Below the pieces are notes generated by a model. That model worked only from the letters and a program-made list of their open reading frames with translations. It did not search any database and was not told where the DNA came from. A stretch of DNA of 64,000 nucleotides. Source: Ruditapes philippinarum. Its lineage: Eukaryota. The position numbers and the translations under genes are program-made. The stretch spans positions 372,001-436,000 of the forward strand of contig NW_026855127.1 in the NCBI RefSeq assembly GCF_026571515.1, written 5' to 3'. Numbering within the stretch: the stretch's first letter is position 1; the number at the start of each line of letters is the position of its first letter. Positions 12,196 to 25,940 of this stretch are shown in pieces.

Positions 12196-12834
12196 TATAT
12201 ATATATCTGCACTCGTATATACACTGTATTAGCATTTTTAAGGCTTAGAGGGTTTTCAGTCCGATATACAAACATTTATAATTCCTTGTCAAGACATTAA
12301 AGATAAAGATTTTAAATTAATTTAATATAGTAAACTTATGGGGATGCAGTGCTGTTGTGTGCGTCTGTGCGTGTGTGTGTTTTATGTGAAGTTTTTGTTT
12401 GTGTTTTGTATTTTTTCGACAATATTTTGTGCACGTAGTCGCATCTAATTTGTAGCTCATTTTACCTCGCCATGTTTGTTTTGATGTAAAGTTACCCCCT
12501 CAAGACAACCCTGACATTGTTTTGAAGGATGCCTAGCACACCGTGGTTGGCTTGTACATGAATTTAAACCTTTGTTTTAGACCAACACTGGTTTAGAAGG
12601 ATGGGATGAAAAGATAAAAGAGTTGCCTTAGGAAATTCTAGTTTCCTGTAACTTCAATACTTATGTATAAATCAATAGTTAATGTAATACATGAATATAA
12701 ACTGAAAATAACAATGTTTTAATACTGCACCTATATGATAACAATTTTTATCCATAAAGTGACATTGTTTTTCATTTAACAAAGACATGCTTTTATATTT
12801 GCATCACCTTCTGCTTTTATTATACAAAATTTGT

Positions 12835-13012
12835 TTTAGTTTGATTGCAGAGACATTCATTAGCTTATAGACAAACTCTCAAATCATTTGCTGGAACTAA
12901 CCAGTACTGAGCAATGAGTGTAAAGTTTCTCGTCCAAGAAAACGATGTCTTGTGCCTGAGCGACATCGTTAGATAACTAATTTGACACGTTAACCACTCG
13001 GATATGCCGCCT
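12835..13012 (-). mobile_element. Degenerate CORE-type tRNA SINE (paralogous copy also at 18895-19075)
   Basis: Same family as 28900-29093; duplicated with the segmental unit. Confidence 0.6.
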
Positions 13013-16000
13013 TTAGATGTTGATGACGTCACCAGGTAGTTAACACTTCATGCAGTTGTCAGATATTAGTTTTAAAATGTCTTCATTTTTATACATGATT
13101 CAAAATGATGTAATCGTTCGAGTAAAGACAACAAAGTCATTGGTGATTAAGTGCCGACTAGCTACACATGTTATATAGATAAACAAACTAAAACCAAAGT
13201 GAGATTAAACATGGGCGGCGTCAGAATATAAAGAAAACTTAAATTCCTGAAACAACTTTGATAATACTTCTTATCATAATAATTTTCTTTGAATCACCCA
13301 AATAAAACAGTTAATGTCTTATATCTTAAGATGGTCAGAACAAAAATTTTCATCACACAGCCTACAAAACACAAACATTGATAATATTGGAAACAAATAA
13401 GGAATTATTTTGTAGGAAGTATTTTCTTGAACACCATTTTTTGTCTCAAAGAAGCAAGATTAAAGTGGGAAAAAATTGTATAGAACCTCAGGATTTCGGT
13501 CTTTTCCGTATTAAATTGGTAAGGAAATCTACCCTTTCCACCAAGGACATCTGAAAAGGAAACGGCTATTTCCGCTTTACATCGGCAAAAAGGCATCGAA
13601 CTCAATAGTCGATGAACTTAGATTCATTCACGTACAAGTATATCGAAATCGGTGAAGCGGTATACGTAACAAAACGGTCACGAAGCATGATCACACGCTG
13701 CAAAATAAAATCATTATCCACAGTTTATAAAACTCATATTTGCCTTTTCTTTAGAATGAAAAAAGTCTTTTCTTGGGCATAATGTGCTTTTAAATCAATA
13801 ATTGAAAATTATTTTTTTCACAACCTTTGCTGCTTTTAAAGATGAAAAAAATTTCTCACGGATATTTTTGTCCAGAGCGTGACATTCGTAAAAAAGCATG
13901 TAGCTAAAAATCAAATAATATTTCGTCCTCGAAAATATAATAAGATTCTTCATTAAAACTGATTGAATGGGAATCATAGTCATCATCTTTATTAACAAAG
14001 TAATGACAAACCAGAAACATCATTAGGAACTCCGAAATTTTTCATAGATTTCAACGTACCTGCTATGGAAATGTCTTTTTACATTTGTTATTTCTAGATG
14101 ATATGACATGTTATTTATCAAAGAAACTGAATACTAGATTGAAGGTGCGAAATTAATTCGCACTATTTATAAGGAAATTACACATCCTAAAATAGCAACA
14201 TCATCGCGTAAATCACGTTCTACAGAAATGTGAAAATAACATAGGAATAGTTATGCCAAATATGTGCGTAATTTTTTGAGGAAATAAGCAACACATTTAT
14301 AGTAAACGGACAAATATAATATTATAGTATATTAAATTTAATTGACTTGCAAAAACGGCTGCTGCGACATTAAATACTTTTACCATCATTACCAATATTT
14401 CAATTTTAATGGTTGCCTTTCAAAAACATTAATGCAAATAGCGACATGTTTACCATATTGAAGGCTATTTTTTGATTTGTCAATGATAACTTAATTAAAC
14501 TTCTTTAATACTTTATCAAATTGTTTTTCATTTTAGACATTTGTCGAGCGACTTTGTCATAAAAATACTGAAAAGAAGCAGATAAAAAGTGATTCAGGCA
14601 TTATGTATGAGGTAATCAACGTTAATCGGTACTTCTCGAACTAGTCGTTACCTCATAAAAGTCACGTACTTGTTTGGAAAAGCCCATTTAGTCTTTGCTG
14701 TCTGATTTACTTTCAACCACATTATTAACTATGTATTTTGACATGTTCATATTCTAGTTTGTTCTCCAATATTTTTTTCACTTCAATAATTTGTTTAACA
14801 CGTCACAACTTTGCTTTTTTTCGCGTGACTTATTTGTTTTTCACGTCATTTATTGGATTTTTTAAATACTGTGTGCAAACTCTGATGAACAGCCCTATGT
14901 AGGGACAAACCTCTTTATCGGTAATTAGTTCTTCAAAAAGTAAACTTTCAGAATAAATTTTACCTCAGAAGAACCATAACTCTCAGCAACAACCATTAGC
15001 TTTGTGTTTTAGAGGTTGTTGCTATGGAGACGTTTGTACTGCTGCTTTAAATAAGTCCTCTTAGTATTATAAAATACACACATGAGGGTATACAAATTTA
15101 CAATATAAATTCATACGATACATCCCATCATATTACACTCATAGCCTATTCACTAATTATTGTTTCGAAAGGAACATCCAAAACACTTACGTAAAATTAC
15201 AACAATATGACATGTTTGTACTAAATAACCTTAGAAAATATTCACGGAATAGTCCCTTTTGTTCCGGAAGGAGCATCCAAAATACTTACGACAGAACACA
15301 TCAATATGACATGTTTGTACTAAATAACCTTCAAAGTATTTCCTAGAAGCGCATGTCTTTTAAAGATGAGCCATCCTTAAATAGCTATATATAATAACGA
15401 TGTTCTCACCAGCCCTTATATGGATAGCCACTGTGTATATTTGAAAATGAATGGAGAAAAGCACCTTACGTACGATCACAGTTGCCATTAAAACAACGTA
15501 TTTTAGCATTTTAATGTACTGATTCATATTTTCACTTTGCTATTTATTTTTAGATATGTTAAGAAATAATTCTTTGTACACGATACCGAACCCAAGTGAC
15601 TAATGGACAATGTAAAAAGGCGAGAAAATGCTAATATTAGCACCGATTCACTGCATGCACTTTATCCAAAAGTAAGTATCTAAATGAGCAGTCCGATTAT
15701 GATCAGATTAATCATAACACTATCAGCATGTGTAAGAAAATTATTTTAGGAAATAAAACGGGGTGGGGAATGAAACTTCAATTCATTAAGGCATCCGTCC
15801 CCGCACCGTTCGATAGTAAGTCAGTAAAAAAAATGAAAGTTTCACTAAAATCATAAAATGGGTCAAAAACGAATGGACACCAAATCGAAAGAAAGCAAGA
15901 CCGTTTAAAATGTTAAGTGTGGTATGGGTTGACTACAGAAGCGTCCTGATGTCAATTTGTAATGTTCTATAACAAAGAACTCCTGCGTAGGAGATAAAAC

Positions 16001-16937
16001 AAATCCTAATTAGGAGTTTATTACTCCTACATAAGTTTTTATTACTCCTTTGTGAGACAGAATATTATTAATTTGCAACGCTTTTCATTCAAATAATATT
16101 TTCATGAAACAAGAAATGAAAGGAAAGGAAAGGAAAGGAAAAGAATGGAAAGGAAAATAAAAATAAAATGTCTTAAATATCATGACACGTGCTTAACAGC
16201 TTTAGGTCATACGTCAAGGGTCAGTTAACAAGATACAGTTGGAAAATATATGTTTTAATGCTATAGGACAATGTTGAGTGAAGGTGAATAACCACTCAGA
16301 GTAAAGGAAAGGAAAAGGAAATAAAAAATGAAAACAAAAGAATAGATAAATACAGAATCCCTAAAGAAAGCCCAACACGGCAAAATTGAAAATGTTGCAG
16401 GCTCGGTTTGATTGAGCCTGTTCATGGACAGTACTGGAAAGTGCAAGTTACCGTCCACGCCCCCTAGCACCGGCTTAAGCAGAATTCAACATTTAAACGT
16501 GAAATAGTAAAATTTTGAATTTAGAAAATGAAAACTAATAGGGAAATGAAAATAAAAATGTCTTAAATATTTGACACGTGCTTACAAGGCCCAGGAACTA
16601 CGTCAAGGGTCAGTTTACAAGATTTAGCGTTAAATCTTAATTGAAAAAAATGTTTTATTGTGATACAACGTTGTTGTGTGGAAATGAATAATCTTTCCGA
16701 GGATTGGCAAGAAAACTTTTTATGGTTATCGCCCTTGAAACATAATAGGCTTACCTCTTTCATATAATAATAATTCACTCTTCTCACAACACAGACATTT
16801 TTTCCGAAAATTTCATTTTGAAAAAAAAATCATAAAACTATTTTCTTATGCAAGAAGTCTCCTAAAAGGGGAAGAAATTTTATGAAATGAATAAACAAAA
16901 AAATCAATACAAATGCTGCGTACCGAATTTTCAAGTT

Positions 16938-17040
16938 TTTAGTAGTGAAATTTTAACAATTAAGAACCAAAAAGGAAGCGACCGGTAGGGAGAGACCGTG
17001 GGTTCTTAATTGTTAAAATGTTCACTTATTCAATACTAAA
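16938..17040. repeat. Hairpin (19-bp perfect stem ATTTTAACAATTAAGAACC) with GCGACCGGTAGGGAG loop
   Basis: Inverted repeat read directly; only the left half survives in unit C (~22350-22390). Confidence 0.7.
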
Positions 17041-17870
17041 TGACTTAGTGTTTAACTTCATTTGACACCCCTCTATAGAAAGTTGTTTACAATACAATGG
17101 TAGGGGTTGAGGGAGCACTTCATCTGTCAGTTAACTCATTCAATATAGAAATAGGGAATGTAAGTCAGGTGACACAATTATTTACATCGTGTACCGCTGA
17201 ATTTCTGCAATTTTGCAATTTCAGAAAAATATTGTACGTGAATATTTTTTTTGATATCAGCATGAGCACTTCTCTGTATAATGTTGTCGCCGAAGGTTTG
17301 AGGACATTTCAGTTTGAAATATACTGAAATAACTCTTAATTAAACAGTGTGAACAGAGGAATGAACTTTACCTGTGTGCATTTATTGAGAACGTTGAAAT
17401 GACGATCGTCATCCAATTGTGATGTGTACATGTAAGTTCAAATTGACCATAATGTTTGGGTTTGTCAATATTTTCTCAATGGAATTAGAATACAAAACGA
17501 CAATGCAATAAAAAGTGGCAGTAAATGTTGACCGAGTTCTCGCTTAGAATTTTACCAATGTCACTTCGTCCAAATTAGGCGGGGCTACTATATTTAGTTT
17601 ATATTTGCGCATGTCGTCCCAAACTCTTAATTATTAAATATTCGACTAAATAAGTAAGTGACAAAAATTCGCGGTCTACATGATTAAGAAAGGCATATAT
17701 TTTTTAAAAAAACTTGAACGATCACATTGGTCCCCAAATGATGTTAATCACTAAGGACATTTTGAAGGCCTTGAAAACATATGACACATACAATATGCAC
17801 AGCAAAACAAAACTTGGTTGATCTCCAAACTTATTATATACTTCCAATAACTATTTTTCAAAATTCTGTC

Positions 17871-20800
17871 AAATAAAATGTATATGAGGGAAAATTGACA
17901 ATTATACCTCCTAATTTACAAAGTACATTTTCTAGTTGTGAAACATTACATTTCATTTATCATTTTATTTTTGTTAAGTATTTAAAGTAATTTAAGGCAT
18001 TTTACTATATATGTATAATATAAATACTAAATTATGTAATTAATAAGTCTTATCTGTGTGACCAAACCATGTCTATGTTGTAATAAGTGTGACAATGACT
18101 CAAGTCTATGGACGTATGATAATATTTTTACAATATTTGCACCATATCTGCACAATAGAAAAATTAATAAAAAGCCAACAATTGTCTCAACAACATAAAC
18201 ACATTTATTTATCTTATATCAAACAACGACGGAATATATAGCCCTGATTTTGTCCAAAACAATAACTTTTAAACAGCATGGAAATATAGGTATGTAATGT
18301 GTCATTTTATAAATTGTCATAATACGGTAAACAAAAAACACATAAAGATAAGAAATATACAAAAATAAAAACTTTTTTTTTTGCTGTTGCTGTTGTTGTT
18401 TTTGTTTATTTGTTGCCATTTTTTGTGTTTCCTTTAAATGTCTGTGTGTGCGTGTGTGTTTGTTTTTGGTGGTTTTTTTGTGGGTTTTTTTTCGACAATA
18501 TTTTGTGACCATAGCTACATCTAAACGGTAGCTCACTTAACCTTCCCATGTTTGTTTTGAAGAAAGTTAGACCTCCCTAAAGGCATTCAAATAACAATCC
18601 CGACATTCTCATGTATTTAAAAGGATGCCTACATAAGTGCACACCTTGGATCGCTAATACATGAATTAAAACATTTGTTTAAGACCAACACTGGTTAAGA
18701 AGGAAGGGAAATGCTAGTTTCCGGTAATTTCAGTACATATGTTTATGTTACACTTTAATATGAACTGAAAATAACAATGTTATAATACTGCACCTATGTG
18801 ATAACAAATGTTATCCATTAAGTGACATTGTTTGTCATTTAACGAGGACATGCTTTTATATTTGCATCACCTTCTGCTTTTATTTTACAAACTTTGTTTT
18901 AGTTTGATTGCGGAGGCATTCATAAGGTTATGGACAAACTCTCGAATCTTTTGCTGGAACCAACCAGTTCTGAGCAATGAGTGTAAAGTTTCTCGTTCAA
19001 GAAAACGACGGCTTGTGCCTGAGCGACATCGTCAGATAACTAATTTGACACGTTAACCTCTCAGATATGCCCCCTTTAGATGTTGATGATGTCACCAGGT
19101 AGTTAGCACTTCATGCAGTTGTCAGATATTAGTTAAAATCATACTTTTTAAAATGTCTTCATTTTTATACATGACTCTAAATGATGTTATAGTTCGAGTA
19201 AAGACAACAAAGTCATTGGTTATTAGGTGCCGACTAGCTGCACATGTTATATAGATTACCAAACTAAAACCAAAGTGAGATTATATATGGGCGGCGTCAG
19301 AATATTAAGAAAACTCAAATTTCTGGAACAACTTTGATAATACTTCTTATCATAATAATTTTCTTTTATTCACCCAAATAACACAGTTAATCTCTTATAT
19401 CTTAAGATGGTCAGAACACAGCCTTCAAAACACAAACATTGATATTATTGAAAACAAATAAGGAATTATTTTGTAGGAAGTATTTACTTGAAGGCCATTT
19501 TTGTCTCAAAGAAGCAATATTAAAGTGGGAAAAAATTGTATAGAACCTTAGCATTTCGGTCTTTTCCGTATTAAATTGGTAAAGGAATCTACCCTTTGCG
19601 CAATGTACATCTGAAAGGAATCGACTATTTCCGCCACATATCGGTAAAAAAGGCATCGAACGGGCTTTTAAATCAATAATTGAAAATTACTTTTTACACA
19701 CCTTTGCTGCTTTTAAAGATGAAAATATTTTCTTACGGAAATTTTTGTTCAGAGCGTGACATTCGTAAAAAAGCATGTTGGTAAAAAAACAAATAATTTT
19801 TCGTCCTGGTAAATATAATAAGATTCTTCATTAAAACTGATTGAATGGGAATCACAGTCATCGTCTTTATTAACAAAGTAATGACAAACCAGAAACAGCA
19901 TTAGGAACTCCGAAATTGTTAAAAGACTTCAACGAACCTGCTTGGGAAATGTCTTTTTACATTTGTTATTTCTAAATGAAATGACATGCTATTTAACTAA
20001 GAAACTAAATACGAATTGAAGGTGCAGAATAAATTCGCACCATTTATAAGGAAATTACACACCCTAAAATAGAAACATCATTGCGTAAATCACGTTCTAC
20101 AGGAATGTGAAAATAACATAGCAATAGTTATGCAAATATGTGCATAATCTATTGAGGAAATGAGCAACGCAGTTATAGTAAGTTGACATTTATAGTTTGT
20201 AGTTAATTCAATTGAAAGAAACGGACTTGTAAATGCGGCTGCTGGGACATTAAGTATTTAAAGTTTCAATACAAATATTTCAAGGAAAGTGGTGCCTTTC
20301 AATGTGATTTATGCGAATAGCGACATGGTTACCATATTGAGGGTGATTTTTTTATTATAAATAATAACTAGTACAACTTCTTTTATACTTTATCAATTAG
20401 ACATTTTTCGAGCAACAATGTCTTATGATACTGAAAAGAAACAGATAAAATGTGATTCATTTAGTATTGGTTAACCAACATTAACTGGGCACATTTTGAA
20501 ATGGACGTTACCTTAACAAAATTCACTGAATCACATTCGATTTTTGGATAAGCCAGTTTAGCCTTTGCTGCCTGATTAAAATTTCAACCCGGTTATTATC
20601 TTTATAATAGACATGTTCATATACAAGTTTGTTCTTCATGTCACTAATTTGTTTTTCACGTCTCTTATTTAATTTTTCAAATACAGTGCAAACTCTTTTG
20701 AAAGGCCCTTTATCGGTTACCAGTTTTTCCAAAAGTAAAACTTCAGAATAAATTTCAATTTTTAAGAACCATAACTCATAGCAACGACTAAAAGCCTTGT

Positions 20801-23220
20801 GTTTCAAAGGTTGTTGCCAATGAGATGTGTACTGCTGCTATAAAAACAGTCCGTTTAGTATAATAAAATACACACATGAGGGTTTACAACTTTGCAAAAT
20901 AAATTTATACGATACAACCACTCATATTACACTTATAAAAATGTTCAAGGAATAGTCCCTCTTGCTCCGGAAGGAGCTTCCAAAATACTTACGTAAGAAC
21001 ACGACATGAATGTGACATGTTTGTACCAAATAACCTTCAAGGTATTTCCTTAAAGCGCATGTCTTTAAATCAAAATGTGTTATTCTTAGAATAGCTATAT
21101 GTGTACGATGTTCTCACCATCTCGTATATGGATAGCCACTGAGTAAATTTTAAAATAGTTTGGAAAAGCACCTAACGTACGCGCACAGTTGCCATTCGCA
21201 GGTGTTTTTTTTATCGTCACTTCACTATTTTTTTTTTTCGATATGTTCAGAAATAATTATAAGTACCTGCGGAACCTAAGTGACGTTTGGACAATGTGCA
21301 AGGCGAGAGAATGCTAATATAAGCACCGATTCACCGCGTGCGCTTTATCCAAAAGAAAAGTGGGCCAGCCTTCCTGGATTTTAAAAAAAAACGAGCAGTC
21401 CGATTATGACCAGATTAATCATAACAGTATTACCCTGTGTAAGAATTTTTTTAGGAATTAAAAAGGGATGGGGAAGTAAACTTCAAATGATCACTAGCCT
21501 GTTTTATGACATTATTTATAAATGCATCCGTGTCTGCACTGCTATTCAGTTAGTAAATATTTTTTAAAGTTGCCCTAAAATCATAAAATGAGGTAAAAAC
21601 GACTGTGTCCAAATTAAAAGAAAGCATGGCCATTATACATGTATGGGCTAACTACGAAAGCGTCATGGCGCCAATTTATAGTGTTCTATAAAAATAACTT
21701 CTACGTGAGAGATAACAAAAACCTAATGAGGAGTTTATTAATTACTCCTACGTAAGACTTAATTACTCCTTTGTAAGACTGAACATTATAAAGTAGCAAC
21801 GAAGGAAGGAATGGAAAGGAAAACGAAGAAAAATGAAATAAAAGAAAAAAAAAGAAAGGAAAGTAAAGAAAAGAAAGAACAGGAAAGGTAAGCAAAAGAG
21901 ACAAAAGGAAAGGGAAATGAAAATAAAATGTCTAAACTATTTTGACACGTGCTTAAAAGCCCCAGTTCATACCTAAATGGTCAGATTTTAAGGTTCAGTG
22001 TTAAATCTTAATTGAATAAAATGTTTTAAAGTTATATAACTTTGATTTGTGAAAATTAATAATCATTCAGAGGTTTGGCAAGAAAATTTTCTATGGTTAT
22101 CTCTTTTGAAACATAATAGGCTTACCTCTTTCTTATAAAAATATTTCCCACTTCTCGCGATTATTCTTTCCGACAATTTTATTTTGAAAAAGAAACCATG
22201 AAACTATTTCTTACGCAAGAAATCTCAGAGGTTTAGTTTTCAAAAGGAAAGTATTTAATGAAATATTTGAAGGAACAAAAAGAAATCAATACAAAAGCTG
22301 CGTACCGATTTTTTAATTTTTAGTGTTATGATTGTGTTAGTGTTGATTCAGTGACATTTTAACAATTAGCAACCCAAAGAAGCGACCAATAGATAACTTA
22401 TTTAGAGTTTAAAATTCATTTGACAACGCTGGAATGCCTCCAGCCTATAGAAGTTGTTTACAATACAATGGTAGAGGTTTAGGCACTTAATCTGTCAGTT
22501 AACTCATTTAATATATAAAAAGGAAACATACGTCAGGTGACACAATTTTTGCATCGTGTACCGCTGAATTTCTGCAATTTTGCAATTTCTGAAAAGTATT
22601 GGATGTGAATGATGTTTGTGATATCAGCATGAGCACTTCTCTGTATAATGTTGTCGCTGACGGTTTGAGGACATTTCAATTGATAGATACTGAAAAAAAA
22701 CTCTTAAACAATGTGTACAAATGAATGAACTTTGTGTGCATTTATTGAGAATCGTCATCGATTTTGTGATTTGTATATGTTAGTTCAAATTGACCATAAT
22801 ATTTGGGTTTGTCAATATTTTCTACATGGAATTAGAATACAAAACGCCAATGCAATAAAAAGTGGCAGTAAATGTTGACCGAGTTCTCGCTTAGAATTTT
22901 ACCAATGTCACTTCGTCCAAATTAGGCGGGGCTACTACATTTAGTTAATATTTGCGCTTGTCGTCCCAAACTCTTAATTATTAAATATTCGACTAAATAA
23001 GTAAGTGACAAAAAATCGCGGTCTGCATGATTAAGAAAGGCATATATTAAAAAAAATCTTGAGCGATCTCATTGGTCCCCAAATGATGTTAATCACTAAG
23101 GACATTTAAAGGCCCTGACAACATGTGACACATACAATATGCACAGCATAACAAAACTTGGTTGATCTCCAAACTTATTATATACTTCCAATGACTACTA
23201 GTATTTCTCAAAATTCAGTC
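17871..23220. repeat. Segmental repeat unit C (~5.3 kb, gene deleted)
   Basis: 17880-18370 matches the 3' flank (8515-8995), then jumps to sequence matching 12350 onward; 18440-23220 matches 12360-17870. Confidence 0.88.
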
Positions 23221-24723
23221 ATATAAAATGTATATGAGGGAAAATTGACAATTATACCTCCTAATTTACAAAGTATATTTTGTAGTTGTGAAACATTTGA
23301 TTTCATTTATGATTATATTTCTGTTAAGTATTTAAAGTAATTTATGTCATTTTACTATATAATGTATAATATAAATAATAAATTATGTAATTATCAAGTC
23401 TTATCTATGTGACCATACCATGTGATATATATTATTGTAATAAGTGTGACAATGACTCAAGTCTATGGACGTATGATACCCATCATTATTCATATTTTTA
23501 CAATATTTGCACCATATCTGCACCCTAGGAAAATGAATAATAAGCCAACAACTCTCTTAACAACATAAACAAATTTATTTATCTAATATCAAACAACGAC
23601 GAAATATATAGCCCTGATTTTGTCAAAAAATAATAACTGTAACAGCATGGAAATATACGTAAATATATAATATGTCATTTGGTAAATTGTCGTAATAAAC
23701 AAAGAACTTACAGATAAGAAATATATTTGTAATACACTTTTATAATTCTTAACTGATATAAATATCAAAACAAAAATATTGACAAAATGTAAAATCATTA
23801 ATGAATAAAACTAATGAAAACTAATGTTTGAAACTATTTTTGTCCAAATGAATTACAGTGTTTGCAATGAAACGTAACGCATTTCCTCTGGGGATTAGGT
23901 AAAACAATAAATCGGTGTAGTTAATCGACTGCGCCGCTCTTGAGTCTTGACCAATTTTATTTTGGAATTGCTTTCAATTGAACACTTACCTATATGTAAA
24001 GTCTCCTAGGTACATAAAATGAACTAAAACACCAAGTCCACATGAATAACAATGATGTAAAAGTCACATCACATTGCCAAAGAAATACTATTACTTAGAT
24101 TTTGATATGAATACTTTCCATCGTGTTCATAATATTTATTTAGAGTGCAAAATTAAAGTATATAGGTTAGCTTGATTTTTTTATATCTGAATACTGCGAA
24201 ATTAACTAAATTGAACTTTTCCAACATCGAATTCGGAACTGTTTTTTGTTGAGTCGAGCTATTTGTCTTGAACATCTGCCAAATAATATATGAACAATTT
24301 ACAACAAAGTGTCGTGTTAGGCAATACAAATACTTGGGAAATATATGTATGACGTCGCTGAAATCGTTTAATAAAAGAAAAGATTCAGATTGTGTGTTTT
24401 TCTTTGTTGTTTTTTTTTCTGCCATTTTTTTTTATTTTTTCGTTGTTTTTTTTTCTGTCGTTTCAGGTTGATCCGGATCCATTGAAATAAAAATAGATAG
24501 TTTTGACACATGAATGAAACGTATCTGCAGATTTTCATAATGACTATCATTTTATTGTTAAACCTGTTGTAAAACTATCTGCAAGTGATGATAAATTGTA
24601 CATTCTCAAAGTTGTTCACAAAAATAAACTTGAACACACGCGCATGTGACGTCACAAAACTTTACGTCATGGATATACATTTTTACATCACAGTTACTGT
24701 TACTCACATAATGAATAACACAA

Positions 24724-24948
24724 TTACATTTTCCTTGGAAACAGAAACTCATTGTTGAAGTTCACTGAGACATTTCCAATTTTTCCGTCGGGTTTTCCGG
24801 TCTCAGTTTGTAATTGAACACATCTCTCATGAAGATTGTTCCAGGAATCCATACCGGCGACTGAACCATCGGCAAATATGCAACTGGTGTCACCTTCATC
24901 ACAGAAACGCCTGTTAACGCCCGTCATACTTGGTAAAACCACAGCCAT
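24724..24948 (-). CDS. Small 74-aa protein of unrecognised family, copy 3 (MAVVLP...FPRKM)
   Basis: Paralog: 52/74 aa identical to copy 2, 48/74 to copy 1. TATA ~120 bp upstream; AATAAA (plus-strand tttatt 24551-24556) ~170 bp downstream of the stop. Confidence 0.8.
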   Translation of the reverse strand: MAVVLPSMTGVNRRFCDEGDTSCIFADGSVAGMDSWNNLHERCVQLQTETGKPDGKIGNVSVNFNNEFLFPRKM

Positions 24949-25067
24949 AGCTTTTGTTTGATCAGTTGTGTTTTCTCGTACGAAATCTTTTAAACCGTCT
25001 CAGTCTTTTCAACCGTCTCTGAGGACAAGGACTTGCTGACTTATCGGTTTTGTTTTGTTTTCTTGTC

Positions 25068-25075
25068 TTATATAG
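25068..25075 (-). promoter_or_regulatory. TATA box of gene copy 3
   Basis: CTATATAAGAC on the minus strand upstream of the ORF, conserved position. Confidence 0.65.
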
Positions 25076-25701
25076 TAAAAGTGTCACTGCAGGAGGCCAG
25101 TATTGTTCACTTATCATGTGATGGGTTCATAGGAGTCGGTTAGATAAATGTCAAAAATCAATATAGTATTAAGAGTTTCTTTTTTTTCTCACTGTTTTTT
25201 GAGGATTGTCAAGCTAACATTTTGTGCGAATCTTCGAGATTCTAGCACATTTGTTTTATTATTTCAGAAGTTAACAAGTACTGGCAGGATTTTCATCATC
25301 TTGAACTTGGGCAATACGCTTTGTATTAAAAAATGAGTCATTTGACAGGTTTTCCAGTGAAGTTACTAATGGGGATTATGCTGTTTTTTTTCTTTTATTT
25401 AATTGCAATATCGAGCTATTGCTAAAAGTATGCGTGTATCCCGGTGACTCCCAGCACATTGTCCTTTCTGTGTATACATGTAGATGGTCGCACTGTCAAA
25501 ATTATCATAAAGACGTTTCGCCAAGTTATATATCCTATTATGAAAAGTGTTAGCCTTTCTGACCAGAGTAACTACGCGTGTATGAGATCGAATTCCATTG
25601 GCCAATGGTCCATTGAGATTTACAAGTTTGGTTATGGATAAAAGCTAAATACAAATTATAAATTCGTTTTTTGAAAATTGATTTTTTTTTTCACATAATT
25701 A

Positions 25702-25940
25702 CGGTGTCCTATTTCGTCCACAAAATGTTGCTGGTAACACCTCTCTAAAGTTTAATTTCGCATGTTGTAAATTTAAGTGTAAATTTTTGTATGTAGATCT
25801 AGATAGTTCGTTACACCTTAACAATCGCGCAAGAGACAAGCGAAACTTACTACATGCGAAATGTTACACTAAATTTCGCCCTCAAGTGGCAATAATTATC
25901 GTGTGTTGCTAGCGAAATTTGTGGACGAAACAGAACATCG
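25702..25940. mobile_element. MITE with ~40-bp imperfect TIRs and TA target duplication (Tc1/mariner-type)
   Basis: TA-CGGTGTCCTATTTCGTCCACAAA...TTTGTGGACGAAACAGAACATCG-TA; internal inverted motifs. Confidence 0.7.

Larger units (their letters stand above)
8437..17870. repeat. Segmental repeat unit B (~9.4 kb, gene-bearing)
   Basis: Starts like position 1; runs directly into the next unit start (atgagggaaaattgacaatt) near 17884. Confidence 0.9.

Noticed and set aside
15200-15320. p53 response elements (TGACATGTTT)
   Set aside because: Only imperfect isolated half-sites, duplicated by a local ~100-bp repeat; no paired decamers.
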